Source: Octopus sinensis
Lineage: Eukaryota
Assembly: GCF_006345805.1 (NCBI RefSeq)
Contig: NC_043016.1
Coordinates: 9,610,001 to 9,674,000 of the forward strand
Length of the DNA stretch: 64,000 nucleotides
Direction of reading: 5' to 3'
In this document: positions 1 to 11,789 of the stretch, piece by piece
Layout of the letters: each line of letters begins with the position of its first letter
Position numbering within the stretch: the stretch's first letter is position 1
Translations under genes and position numbers: made by a program
The notes under the pieces: model-generated
What the model was told of the DNA's origin: nothing
The model's input: only the letters and a program-made list of their open reading frames with translations
Database searches by the model: none

Positions 1-245
1 TTCCTAATGCCAACCACTCCGTGAGTGCAGTGGGTGCTTTTTACGTGCCACCTGCACTGAAGCCAGTCAAGGCAGTGCTGGCATCGACCATGTTCGGATG
101 GTTCTTTTTATGTGCCAATGGCACATAAAAGAGCCCGCTGTGGACAACAGTATTCAAGGTGGGGGTCAGGCAAAAGTGGAGCAGAGAAGGATGGCAGTGT
201 GAGCATCCCTAGACCAGAAGGTTCTCAAAATCCAGGAGCACATCT

Positions 246-372
<127 letters not shown>

Positions 373-659
373 TGCTGTTCTAAGATAAAAAAATTTTACA
401 AAAAAAAAAAAAAAGTACTCCATCTGGTGAGAGATAAATATTAGAGCTACTAATAGTTTCATATGTTAAGAAATACTCATATATACACTAGCCTGAATGC
501 CACCTGAGAGGCTAGTTAACTACAAAATGTAAATCTCAACACTACCACACCTGAAACGTACCTGTTATAAACTCTTTATCTCGATTTGAATGTATGTGAA
601 GGTATTTAGAATGCTCAAACTTATTTCTGCAAATGTGCTAAGTACTGATGTTGATCAAT

Positions 660-1020
660 AAGTGTAGGAGCAAGGTAAACGCAGTAAAAATAGGTGGGGT
701 CAGTGGGGAACATTTAAGCAGCTCTTCAGGAATTGAGAACCTCCTTACGATACTCCCTGGGAGTTTATGGTATGAAATTCATTGTCATTGTTCTGATTCG
801 GTCACTAATGCCATGTATTTAGTTTAAAATGCAGTAAAACTAGTAGGGTCAGTGGGGACCCCAACTAGGCGGCCCTTAAAAAAATAGACCCCCTTGGGAC
901 ATTCCCTGGGATTAGGGGAGTTGTTGGTTTGAGTTTCATTGTCCTTGCACCAACAGTCTAGGAGGAGTTAACAAACAAACGTAACAGACAGAAACATTAC
1001 ACAAATTTATAATAGGATAT
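660..1020 (+). mobile_element. Helentron/HINE-like non-autonomous element
   Basis: Internal direct repeats (agtaaaa..ggtcagtgggga) and the typical gtttcat..ctaggaggagtt..acaaac/acagaca..ttataatagga 3' layout. Confidence 0.4.
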
Positions 1021-1282
1021 ATGTACACTTTTACTTGTCTCAGTCATTCTGATTGTGGCCATGCTGGGGCACAACCTTCTAGTCGAAGGAATCGACCTCT
1101 GGACTTATTCTTTGTACGCCTGTTACTTATTCTATCAGGTCTCTTTTGCCAAACTACTAAGTTACAGGGACATAAACACACCAAGATCAGTTATCAAGTG
1201 ATGGTGGTAGGACAAACACAGACACACACAAATATATACATACATATACATATGACAGGCTTATTTCAGTTTTCATCTACAA

Positions 1283-1812
1283 AAGAAACCGTTCAGCGAC
1301 ATGCAAGCAAGAGAATACCCTCCATCAGGCATTTGCCATATTCTGAACGCCTTACTTCCCTGGGCATGGATACATTGAAACTCTGATGTCTGGCAGCTGA
1401 CTTGACAGACACCCATAAAATTATTAACCATCTTACTAACAATAACTCTGAGCACCTTTTCAAACACCACCCGTCTAACACCTGTGGACATGATTACAAA
1501 GTCAGAAAACAGCACAGCTCCCATGACTTTTGGAAACATTTTTTCACGCTAAGAGTTGCTGAAGTATGGAACAAACTGCCGGCATCAGTTGCTGGTTGTC
1601 GGAGCACTGCATCCTTCAAAACTTCCATGCTTCCTGAGATTCGCCAACACTACACCTGATTTTCTCCCCTCCATACACACACAAGCATGTATCTGACTCA
1701 TACACTGTTCACTTCCCAGACATTTGTACATTACTGCATATGCTTTATATGCACTTTTGACAAGTTGTGGTGCACCTGAACACTGTATACAATAATTTCA
1801 TTATATTATATT
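1283..1812 (+). mobile_element. CR1-clade LINE 3' fragment (inserted into a SINE)
   Basis: YSERLTSLGMDTLKL*..DLTDTHKII..GHDYKVRKQHSSHDFWKHFFTLRVAEVWNKLP is the CR1 ORF2 C-terminus; 3'UTR with (TTA)-like tail. Confidence 0.85.
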
Positions 1813-2020
1813 ACATGATAACTGCAAAGTCAATTTAACAATTTTTATGTGTTTTTAAATGGCTAAAACTACTCTTGTATGATGAAGCTGGTTCAGTTTC
1901 AACTCAGCCTTAGATCAAGTCACCTGTGTGACATGTAAAAACCTGTTTTATTTCAAATATTGTACATTTGAAATTTACAAAAGAAAAAAAAATCTTAAAT
2001 CTTATTAATGTATTCAATAA

Positions 2021-2410
2021 TTGCAGGAGTGGCTGTGTGGTAAGTTTGCTTACCAACCACATGGTTCCGGGTTCAGCCCCACTATGTGGCACCTTGGGCA
2101 AGTGACTTCTACTATAGCTTCGGGCCAACAAAAGCCTTGTGAGTGGATTTGGTAGATGGAAACTGAAAGAAGCCCATCGTATATATGTATATGTATGTGT
2201 GTGTGTGTTTGTGTTTGTCCCCCTCCCCAACATCACTTGACAACCGATGCTGGTGTGTTTACATCCCTGTAACTTAGCAGTTCGGCAAAAGAGGCCGATA
2301 GAATAAGTACTAGGCTTTCAAAGAATAAGTCCTGTGGTCGATTTCCTCAACTAAATGTGGTGCTCCAGCATGGCCGCAGTCAAACGACTGAAACAAGTAA
2401 AAGAGTAAAA
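2021..2410 (+). mobile_element. tRNA-derived SINE family 1 (CORE-like ccttgggcaagt box, central (CA/TA)n)
   Basis: Head gcaggagtggctgtgtggtaag..ggttccgggttc; tail gctccagcatggccgcagtc..gaaacaagtaaaagagtaaaa. Other copies approx. 3455-3940+, 7600-8005-, 9650-10015+, 16960-17352+, 18605-19020+, 20230-20660-, 43590-43985-, 59190-59578-. Confidence 0.85.
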
Positions 2411-2439
2411 AAGCAGAATGTTAATATCAAGTACATTAC

Positions 2440-2659
2440 CGTTTATCTGTGCCTCAATAAAGCCAGCACTAATTATGGCACCTTTGCAATCAATCTGTTC
2501 ATCAGCAATAACTCTCTCATCAAAGAAGACTTTTTCTGGGTTAACAATTTTTCCATCCTGGCACCACAAGTCCTCTCTTATAAGATCATTATCAGCAATA
2601 ATTCTACAGTTTTGGAACTGAAGATATGGAGCACAATCACGAGTGCCTTTCTGCACCAT
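2440..2659 (-). CDS. AMDHD2: N-acetylglucosamine-6-phosphate deacetylase, first coding exon
   Basis: Translates MVQKGTRDCAPYLQFQNCRIIADNDLIREDLWCQDGKIVNPEKVFFDERVIADEQIDCKGAIISAGFIEAQIN-G, matching the remembered AMDHD2 N-terminus (LQFTNCRIL..EDLWV..G.I..PEKLFFEE...D..DC.G.I.APGFIDVQING). Acceptor ttttcAG ends at 2672 (exon starts 2671, 12 nt before ATG); phase-1 donor GTAATG at 2439. Later exons not found in 1-2439, presumably outside the window. Confidence 0.9.
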
Positions 2660-4254
2660 TGTAAATAAATTCTGAAAAATAAAAATAAATTTCTTAAGAT
2701 AGTGGATGATATTTGAAGAAAGAATGAAAAAATAAAATTGTCAATTTTCACAGAATTCAATTCTTATAGCTAAGTTTGTTCAGAATTCTCTCAAACCATA
2801 ATCCAGCTTAAAATCTTAATTTCAATGTTACCACATCAAGGAAGTTATTAAGAAGTGCCATACCAGCAACATACCAGATATTAAGCAGATAAGACCTGTT
2901 CTTATGAACAGGTCTTTACCAAAAAGACCAAAGAGATTTTATTGTTATTTGATTTGTGAGAACTATCAACCAAATTCTCATTTTTACTCAAACACCTTGA
3001 CAATTTAACAAGGGATTAATAATGTCCTCTGTGTGGTCTCTTGACCTACAAGACATAGCAACCAAGTCACCATTTTATCACTCTCTATAAGAAAAAACAA
3101 CCTAAGGAACATCTGATAACAACATCATTTACAATAGACCTGCTCAAGCAAGACAGACAACAAGAAACATGGGCAAACATTTCATGTATTCATCCAATAT
3201 TCTACAGCTTTATAAATATGGAAAAATTATAGAAGTTTCAGACAATTTGTGAGGTGTTCACAAGAACAGAAAAAAAACAGTAGAGGACTGTGAAAATAAA
3301 TAATTAAAATAAATTAATAGCTGTTACATGAACTGGAACTGTGATGCTTTATTGTGGTGATCCATAAGGTCAATGAAACTTGATATGTTAGTAATGGTTA
3401 TTCAACTTAAATAACCATTAACCTAATGACTATTTAACCTAAATAACCGAAAGACGCAGGCATAACTATCTGTTAAGGAGCTTGCTTCCCAACCACATGG
3501 TTCCAGGTTCCGTCCCACTGTATGGCACATTGGGCAAGTGTCTTCTACTATACCCTCAGGCCGACCAAAAGCCTTGTGAGTGAATTTGGTAGACGGAAAC
3601 TGAAAGAAGCCCGTTGTGTGTGTGTGTGTGTATATATATATATACACACCACACACACACGTATACATGTGTGTGTATGTATATATATATACACACACAC
3701 ATTCTATGTGTGTATGTATCTGTGTTTATCTCCCCACCACCATCACCAGTTGACAACTCGTGTTGGTGTGTTTGCATCCCTGTAACTTAGCAGTTCAGCA
3801 AAAGAGACCAATAGAATAAGTACTAGGCTTAAAAAAAACAAGTCCTAGCATCAATTTGTTCAGCTAAGACTCTTCGAGGTAGTGCTCCAGCATGGCTGCA
3901 GTCAAATGATTGAAACAAGTAAAAGGATAAAAGAATAAAAATAAAGTACCAGCATTAATTTGGTAAAGAAGCATCATGAGTGTACACATAGTTTGAAATT
4001 ATTTTCTTAATATCATTTTCTATTGTTTCAAACCAAGTCTAATGACTTTCACAGGACTAACAGACTAAATTAGAATTTGAGACAGGTCTAATGATCTGGT
4101 ATTGACACCAAGGAAAGGATAAATTAGTTGAGATATGGTAAAATTTGACTTAGGAATATTATGCACAAAACGTGTTTGTGTATGTGTGCCTACAAACATA
4201 TATCTATTTGGTATTCATTTTACACCCAATTTTTCTATGCTAGCATATGATAGG

Positions 4255-4590
4255 TAAAAGGTAAAGACTCCCTTCAGTCATGACTGACCATGGGATTGAA
4301 CCTAGAAAGTTCCCCTCCTAGGCACAAGTCTGGGTAAGGTTGTTTATGGGAGACCAGCAGTCACCCATGCATACCAGCCTCCCCTCTTCATGCCACTGAT
4401 GTTATCCAAGGGAAAGGCAAAGGGGCCGACACAGCTTGGCACCTATGACGTCGCAACTAATTTCTACAGATGAATGAGCTGGAGCAACATGAAATAAAGT
4501 GTCTTGCTCAAGAACACAACACACAGCCTGGTCTGGGAATTGAACTCACTACTTCATGAATGTAAGCCTGACACTAACCAGAGCCATGCA
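4255..4590 (-). mobile_element. SINE-like repeat family (aagactcccttcagtcatga...)
   Basis: Homologous copies at approx. 12915-13250 and 61360-61550; tRNA-like head on the minus strand (ggctcagtggttagagc..gagttcgaatc). Confidence 0.7.
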
Positions 4591-4821
4591 CTAACATAGT
4601 TAAATACATATTGCTGCAGCATATTTTTATAGCTACATGCCCCTCCAGTTTTGTTACCCGTTTTTTGTTACCCGTTTTCCAAGTAAATACACACATGCAT
4701 GTGTGTATGTATGTAAATATATATATGGGTGTATGTGTAAAAACATACATTACATAAACGTGAGTGCATTGCGTGCGTGTGCGTGTGTGTACACACATAT
4801 AAAATGATCATAATCATTTAA

Positions 4822-5043
4822 CCCTTTCGTTACTGGATTTATTTTGAGATGCTCTGTGTTTCTTTCAATTAATTTTAAATATAACAAAGAATTTAGTGAA
4901 ATAACTTAGTTATCATTCAGCCAGTGTTAGAAACATAAATTGTGACTAAGGTTTGGTGGAAGATTTTAATTCAAAACTTATGAAAATGAGACATTTGTAC
5001 TACAGAGCCAGAACCGGTTTCAGCTGGGTTAGTAATGAAAGGG
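4822..5043. mobile_element. piggyBac-type MITE
   Basis: TTAA|CCCTTTCGTTACT ... AGTAATGAAAGGG|TTAA; same family as 47370-47579. Confidence 0.85.
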
Positions 5044-5599
5044 TTAATGGTCATGTTCTTTACATGGATTAGACAGATTGACAAGCATGGATTAGACAGA
5101 TTAACAGGATTCAATAGATCCAAGAACTACATCATACTCCAATGTTTACTTCAACATGGTTTCTATGGCCAGATCACCTTCCTAATGAAGCACACAGCTT
5201 ATGTGTTTGAATTAATTTTCAATTACTCATTGCATTGCAGCTATGCTAGGGTGAAACTTTGAAATCATTATTATTTAATGTTTGTTTTCCATACCTGCAT
5301 GGGTAGGATAGTTCAATTGGAATTGGCAAGCCAGAAGATTTCATCAAGTTCTGCTGTCTATTTTGGCTTGGTTTTCAATAGCTGGAGACCCCCATCCAAC
5401 ACCAACCACTTTACAGTGTGTACTGGGTGTTTGTTTACAAGGCACCAGTAGCAGTGAGGTAGCCATTTAGCTTGCAAGACTAAGACCCCCTTTGACTGAG
5501 TGGGGCTACAGCAGTGAGGGGAGTAGCTTTATGATAGATGAAGGGCTAAAGTATGAGAGACAATGATAGAGCTGAACAGGCTTCTTGCTGCAGAAGCAC

Positions 5600-6310
5600 T
5601 ACAAGGCTACAAATATTTTGAGAGACAGCGAGACAATGGCAGTGACCAAGGTGAATTTGTAAAGAGATTAAAAAACATGGGGTGACAAGGAGTCAGGATG
5701 TTACCACAAAGTACATAGACATGAACAGGACAAAAGAACAGGGAGTAAGAGATATGTGAGAATGAGAAATGGTTAGAGATGGAATATGTAGTTGAACAAA
5801 TACAATGAATGAAGAACAAATGTTGAGGGATGAAAAATATATGTTGAAGAGAAGGTAGGAAAGTGTAGGTGACAACTTTAGAATTCCGGTAAGGTGAATA
5901 TGTATAAATGCACACACGTTGCAATCGAGAAGTTGAACCTCAGTAACCTTTTTGCGTGCAGTTTGTGACAGACCATGCCTTTCTTTTGCTGAGCTCAAAT
6001 CTCATTTGCAGACCCATGAACAACAAGCCTCCACCAACTACTTTGCCTATATATCTGTGCACACCTTTCAATGCCGTGTATGCCATAAGGTCTACAATTT
6101 TAACAGAGACCTCAAAAGACATTTTAAGATCCACAAAGATGAGGGCTTAACTGCAACTCTTGGTGGTCCAAATCAGATATGCAATCCATGTGGGTGTCTT
6201 TTCAAAACATTGTCTGGTTTAAAAAGCCACATCAGATGCCATGATGAATCCAAAGTGTAAGTACAGGAGGTGGTCAGACTCTGCATAAGGAGTAGGCAAC
6301 CTCCATATTT
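5600..6310 (+). mobile_element. Probable RTE-type LINE 3' end with three C2H2 zinc fingers
   Basis: ORF 5952-6260 holds C..CDRPC..LKSHLQTH, CRVCHKVY..LKRHFKIH, CNPCGCLF..LKSHIRCH with non-TGEKP linkers; upstream frames are broken by stops; a short 3'UTR ends in a (TA)n tail. Confidence 0.55.
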
Positions 6311-6316
6311 GTATCA

Positions 6317-6358
<42 letters not shown>

Positions 6359-6799
6359 TAGCAGCCAAGCCCAGTTTCACCCAGTTGGTTTGGATGATAT
6401 AGCTGTAAAACCTGTCCTGTGTAAGCATTCGACTTGTTTGGGCACGCTTACCGTAAAAAACAATTTTAGAATGACCTTTTCTATCAAAACACTAAAAATC
6501 ACTAGCAACCAAGATTCAACCAAATCAAAAAAATAAACCCAAATACTCAGTGAAAAAAGATGAACCATTCCACTTCCATTGTGCACGCACACGTACAAAC
6601 ACACACACATTCCCCATTTTTACATATACACACATATATTCACACAGAGTTGAAACACTGATTTATTTTTTCAGCATACAATTTTCATCATCCCACTACC
6701 AAGTATTCATCTATCACCCCTTCCTTTCTCATTCATAAATGCAAGAGTGTTATAGTAGATTATGTCGGTAACCATGGGAGCTATGAAAAAATACAAAGC

Positions 6800-7396
6800 C
6801 CAGCATCACCAACGGATCATTCTAGACATATTTGTAATTTTTCGCACAATTCCACCCATCCATTTAACCGTGAATCCCAAGACAAGAAAGAATTGCCCGT
6901 GTCAAATTTATATGTTGACTATCTTCAAAAGGGACACACCATCAATGGAGAATAGCTTGTCAAATTGCTGAGGCAATTATGAAAGGTTATGAAGACCAAA
7001 CACCCAGGAAAACTGACAAAATGGTATTTTTTTCATCAGGACAATGCTCTAACACACACAAGTCCTTGTTTTCAATGGCTGCTGAGTATGACTGTGGCTT
7101 TGAAATGGTTGAATACCCTCTTCATTCTCCTGATTTGGTCCCATCTGACAATCATCTGTTCTCCGACATGAAAAACCACTCATCCAGGAAGCGGTACTGC
7201 TGTGATGGTGATAGCATATCTGCTGTTGATTACTTTTTTTATCAACAGGGTGAAATCTTTACTAATGGGATCCAAGCACTGCAATACCGATGGAAGGAGT
7301 GTGGGGGCCACAAGCAGGACTATGTTGGAAAACATCATTTGGTCATTTTCCACGAGAATGTCTAAGTCAGCATATGAACTTTTCAGCCAACCCTCC
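6800..7396 (+). mobile_element. mariner transposase C-terminal remnant with right TIR
   Basis: FHQDNA..H.S..AAEYDCGFEMVEYPLHSPDLVPSDNHLF..MK..RW..C....DYV; TIR-like gtcagcatatgaacttttcagccaaccctc at 7366-7395. Confidence 0.85.
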
Positions 7397-7402
7397 TCTC
7401 CT

Positions 7403-7434
<32 letters not shown>

Positions 7435-7798
7435 GGTGGGCTTCCACAGTTTCCATCAACCAAATTCACTCTCAAGGCATTTATTATCCAGGGTATAGCA
7501 AGAGACTCTTGCCCAAGAGGCCGTGCAGTGAGATGGAACCTAAAACCAGATGGCTGCAAACCGAGCTCCTTAACCACACAGCCATGCCTGTGTCTATATT
7601 TTAAATATATGCAATTCCTTTTTATTGTTTTACCTGCTTCAGTGGCCATACTGGAGCACTGCCTTAAAGGGTTTCTTTAGTCGAAGGAATCAATACTTGG
7701 ACTTATTTTACCAGTCTTATTCTACCAGTCTCTCCCACCAAACTGCTGTTACAGGGATGTAAACACACCAACATCGGTTGTTAAGCAATGGTGGTAGG

Positions 7799-7833
<35 letters not shown>

Positions 7834-8269
7834 ACATACATATAGATGGGCACAAAAGGCTTCTTTCGGTTTCTGTCTACCAAATCCACAGACAAGACTT
7901 AGGTCGGCCCAAGGTTATAGCAGAAGGCACTTGCTCAAGTTGCCACACAGTGGGACTGAACCAGGAACCATGTGGTTGGGAAGCAAGCTTTTTACCACAC
8001 AGCTAGAATAAATTTTCAACACAACCTTTGGTGAGTTTAAAATACGAGTATGACAGTGTTATCAGTGAATAGAAACAATAGATGAAAAACCAGGACTTAA
8101 TACAATTTCATTACGTAAGTCCTTGCGTTTTTTATCAATTTCAGTAAAAATTAACATTGAGAGTTAATCCACACAAATATCTAAAAAGAGACTTATGATA
8201 GATGAAAGAGAATAAGAGAATGTGCATAAACTACTGCTCAAAATTATTTAATGTTTGAGTAATCTACAG

Positions 8270-8305
8270 AGAGCGAGAGACAGACAGGCAGACAGACAGG
8301 CAGAC

Positions 8306-8344
<39 letters not shown>

Positions 8345-8562
8345 GACAGACAGACAGAGACAGACAGACAGAGACAGACAGACAGAGACAGACAGACAGA
8401 CAGACAGACAGAGACAGACAGACAGAGAGAGACAGACAGACAGAGACAGACAGACAGAGAGAGACAGACAGACAGAGAGAGACAGACAGACAGAGACAGA
8501 CAGACAGAGACAGACAGACAGAGACAGACAGACAGAGACAGACAGACAGACAGACAGACAGA

Positions 8563-8621
<59 letters not shown>

Positions 8622-8816
8622 CACAGACACAGACAGACACACAGACAGAGACAGACACACAGACAGACACAGAGACACAGACAGACACAGAGACACAGAC
8701 AGACACAGAGACACAGACAGACACAGAGACACAGACAGACACACAGACACAGACAGACACAGACAGACAGACAGACAGACAGACAGAGACAGACACAGAC
8801 AGACAGACAGACAGAC

Positions 8817-8847
<31 letters not shown>

Positions 8848-9094
8848 CAGACAGACAGACACAGACAGACACAGACAGACAGACACAGACAGACAGACAC
8901 AGACAGACAGACACAGACAGACAGACAGACACAGACAGACAGACAGACACAGACAGACAGACACAGACAGACACAGACAGACACAGACAGACAGACAGAC
9001 ACAGACAGACAGACACAGACACAGACAGACAGACACAGACAGACAGACACAGACAGACAGACACAGACAGACAGACAGACACAGACAGACAGAC

Positions 9095-9125
<31 letters not shown>

Positions 9126-9310
9126 CAGACAGACAGACAGACACAGACAGACAGACACAGACAGACAGACACAGACAGACAGACACAGACAGACAGACAC
9201 AGACAGACAGACACACAGACACAGACAGACACACAGACACAGACAGACACACAGACGCAGACAGACAGACAGACAGACACAGACAGACACAGACAGACAG
9301 GCAGACAGAC
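8270..9310. repeat. Complex (GACA)n/(GAGACA)/(GACACA) microsatellite, about 1 kb
   Basis: Direct reading; source of the spurious 350-370 aa ORFs. Confidence 0.95.
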
Positions 9311-10859
9311 AAAGAGCAATACGATTACTGTAACATTTGTATAATGTCATTCAGTGAAACCCTGTAGCGATCCATCAATTCAAGGGAGATAAGTAGATTT
9401 AGCAAAGGGAAATGAATAACTTAACGACTAGCTTGTATAACAGCAACCAATTCAAACTGCTGCTGCTGCTATTATTACTACGATAGCCAAAGAACTGTTG
9501 GCCATGAAAAGGTATCTATGCATATCTAACTAGCAATGAAAGCGCTAAAGATGCTAGAAATAGCAGCTAAATCTCCTCTGAACAAACTTTTACCAGCTTA
9601 AAAAAATAATAACAACAAAACACGTCGCGGCAGTCTAACTTAATTTTAGGCGCGGCTGTGTGGTAAGAAGTCTGCTTCCCAACCACATGGTTTCGGGTTC
9701 AGTCCCACCTTGGACAATTGTCTTTTACTATAGCCCTGGGCCGATCAAGCCTTTTAAGTAGATTTGATAGACAGAAACTGAAAGAAACCCGTCGTATATC
9801 TGTGTGTGTGTGTGTGCTTGTCCCCCACCACCGCTTGACAACCGGTGTTGGTTGGTTTACGTCCCTGTACCTTAGGGGTTCGACAAATGGAGCCAACAGA
9901 ATAAGAACTAGTCTTTTAAAAAATAAGTACTGAGGTCGATTTGTCCAATTAAAAGCCCTTTAAGGCAGTTCCCCCATCATGGCTGCAGTCCAATGACTGA
10001 AACAAGTAAAAGATAAGACATATATAAGTGTGTGTACGTCCACTGGTTGACAACCGGTGTTGGTTTGTTTGCATCCCCGTAGCTTGGCAGTTAAACATAA
10101 GAGGCCAAAATAAGTATCAGAATTTTTTTTTTTTAGATAAAGTACTGGTGTCAATTCATTCAACTGAAACCCTTCAAGGTGATGATACAGCTTGGCTGCT
10201 GTCCAATGATTTAAGCAAGTGAAATATTTATCCTGGTTTTTTAATAGATATGCACTTTCACTTTGTGTCATAGTGTCATAAGAAGCAATAAAAAGAGTTG
10301 GCAATAGAGAGGGTATCTGCAGTTAAAACACTGCCTCAGAGAATTTTGACAACTCATGCTAACATGGAAAAGTTTATACAAATAACAATGACAATAATGG
10401 CAGAGGTGAGGTATCAGTGGTGGGGGTGGGGTTGATAATGGTGACGATGATGATGTCTGGGTGTTTTGCAAACAACTTGCATATGCAAGTGCTACCAGCT
10501 CTGCATACCAGAAGCCAGCAAGTGTATGGGGTCATCAGGAAAGAATGTGTGCTGTTTTGGGGCCTATTTCTCAACAGTATCATTGTGCACCAGCCCCCAC
10601 CTTACTGATATGAGACCCCACTTACTAGAGCAACTGGTTATCAAATAAAGCCATTGCTCATCGTCTCTTTTTAACCAAATCCAGTAGCTAGACTGGGTAA
10701 GGTATATTAACCTTGGAAAAAAATATGCAGAATGGTCCTGTCAGGAATGCCTTTGACCAAAGGTTCACTTAAGGCTTACTGGAACTAAACAACAACCATT
10801 CTAATATCCATCTGTCTTGAGCGTTAACCATTTTCTTCCTATATTTCTGTTGGAGTGTA

Positions 10860-11220
10860 CTGCATTTCATCGTCATCATTTAACATCCACTTTCCATGCT
10901 GACATGGGTTGGACGGTTTGACTGAGGACTGGTGAGCCAGAAGGCTGCACCGGGCTCAATCTGATCTGGCAAAGTTTCTACAGCTGGATGCCCTTCATAA
11001 TGTCAACCACTCCAAGAATGTAGTGTGTGCTTTTACATGTCACCGACACGAGGGCCAGTCAAACAGTTCTGGCAACAACCATGCTCAAAAGGTGTTTTTT
11101 TTACGTGCTACCTGCACAGGAGCCAATCTGTGACCCTGGCAATGATCAAGCTCAAATATGCTTTTAACGTTCTACTGGCACAAGTGCCAAATAGGTGGTA
11201 CTGTCATTGGCCACGTTAGC
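10860..11220. mobile_element. SINE-like family 3 (ctggatgcccttcc..gccaaccactcc..gtgcttttacgtg)
   Basis: Related copies at approx. 1-160, 11520-11730, 14440-14840, 16480-16820, 58100-58240, 59640-59790, 60560-60660, 61140-61320; (CAT)n tails. Confidence 0.75.
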
Positions 11221-11736
11221 AATTTTGATTTGATTGTTTCGATTAATTTTGAAAATAATGAAGAATTTATAAAAAGAAATATTTGTTATTAAGCTGGCGG
11301 TTGATATGTAAATTAACAAGAAATTTTGATGGAAGGTTTCGCGAGTTTACAGTTTCAAACCTGCCATGGTTCACTCAATTATCAAGAAATGGACATATAT
11401 GTTTCTGTCTACCTGTTTCAATATAACCTTTCATTATCTGACACAAGATCACTTCCTCTAATGCCCCCTCCTCTCTCAAAAGATATATTTTGTCTTGCAA
11501 GTACTTGGTGACTGTCAATGCAGGTGCCACTTAAAAGCACCCAATCCAAACTGTAATGTGGTTGGCATTTGGAAGGGCATCCAACTGTAAAAACCTTGCC
11601 AAAACTGACCCCGTCTGTGCTTGTGCCACATAAAAGCACTAAGAGTCACAGAAGCCTGGTGCAGGTTTCTGCTTGGATGGCTCTTGTGAAACAATCCCAA
11701 CCATGCCAGCATGAAAAACGTACATGAAACAATGAT

Positions 11737-11789
<53 letters not shown>

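Noticed and set aside
8244-9367. 350-370 aa ORFs on both strands
   Set aside because: Translations of a GACA-type microsatellite.
10417-10648. Cys-rich short ORFs
   Set aside because: No recognisable family and no convincing splice sites.
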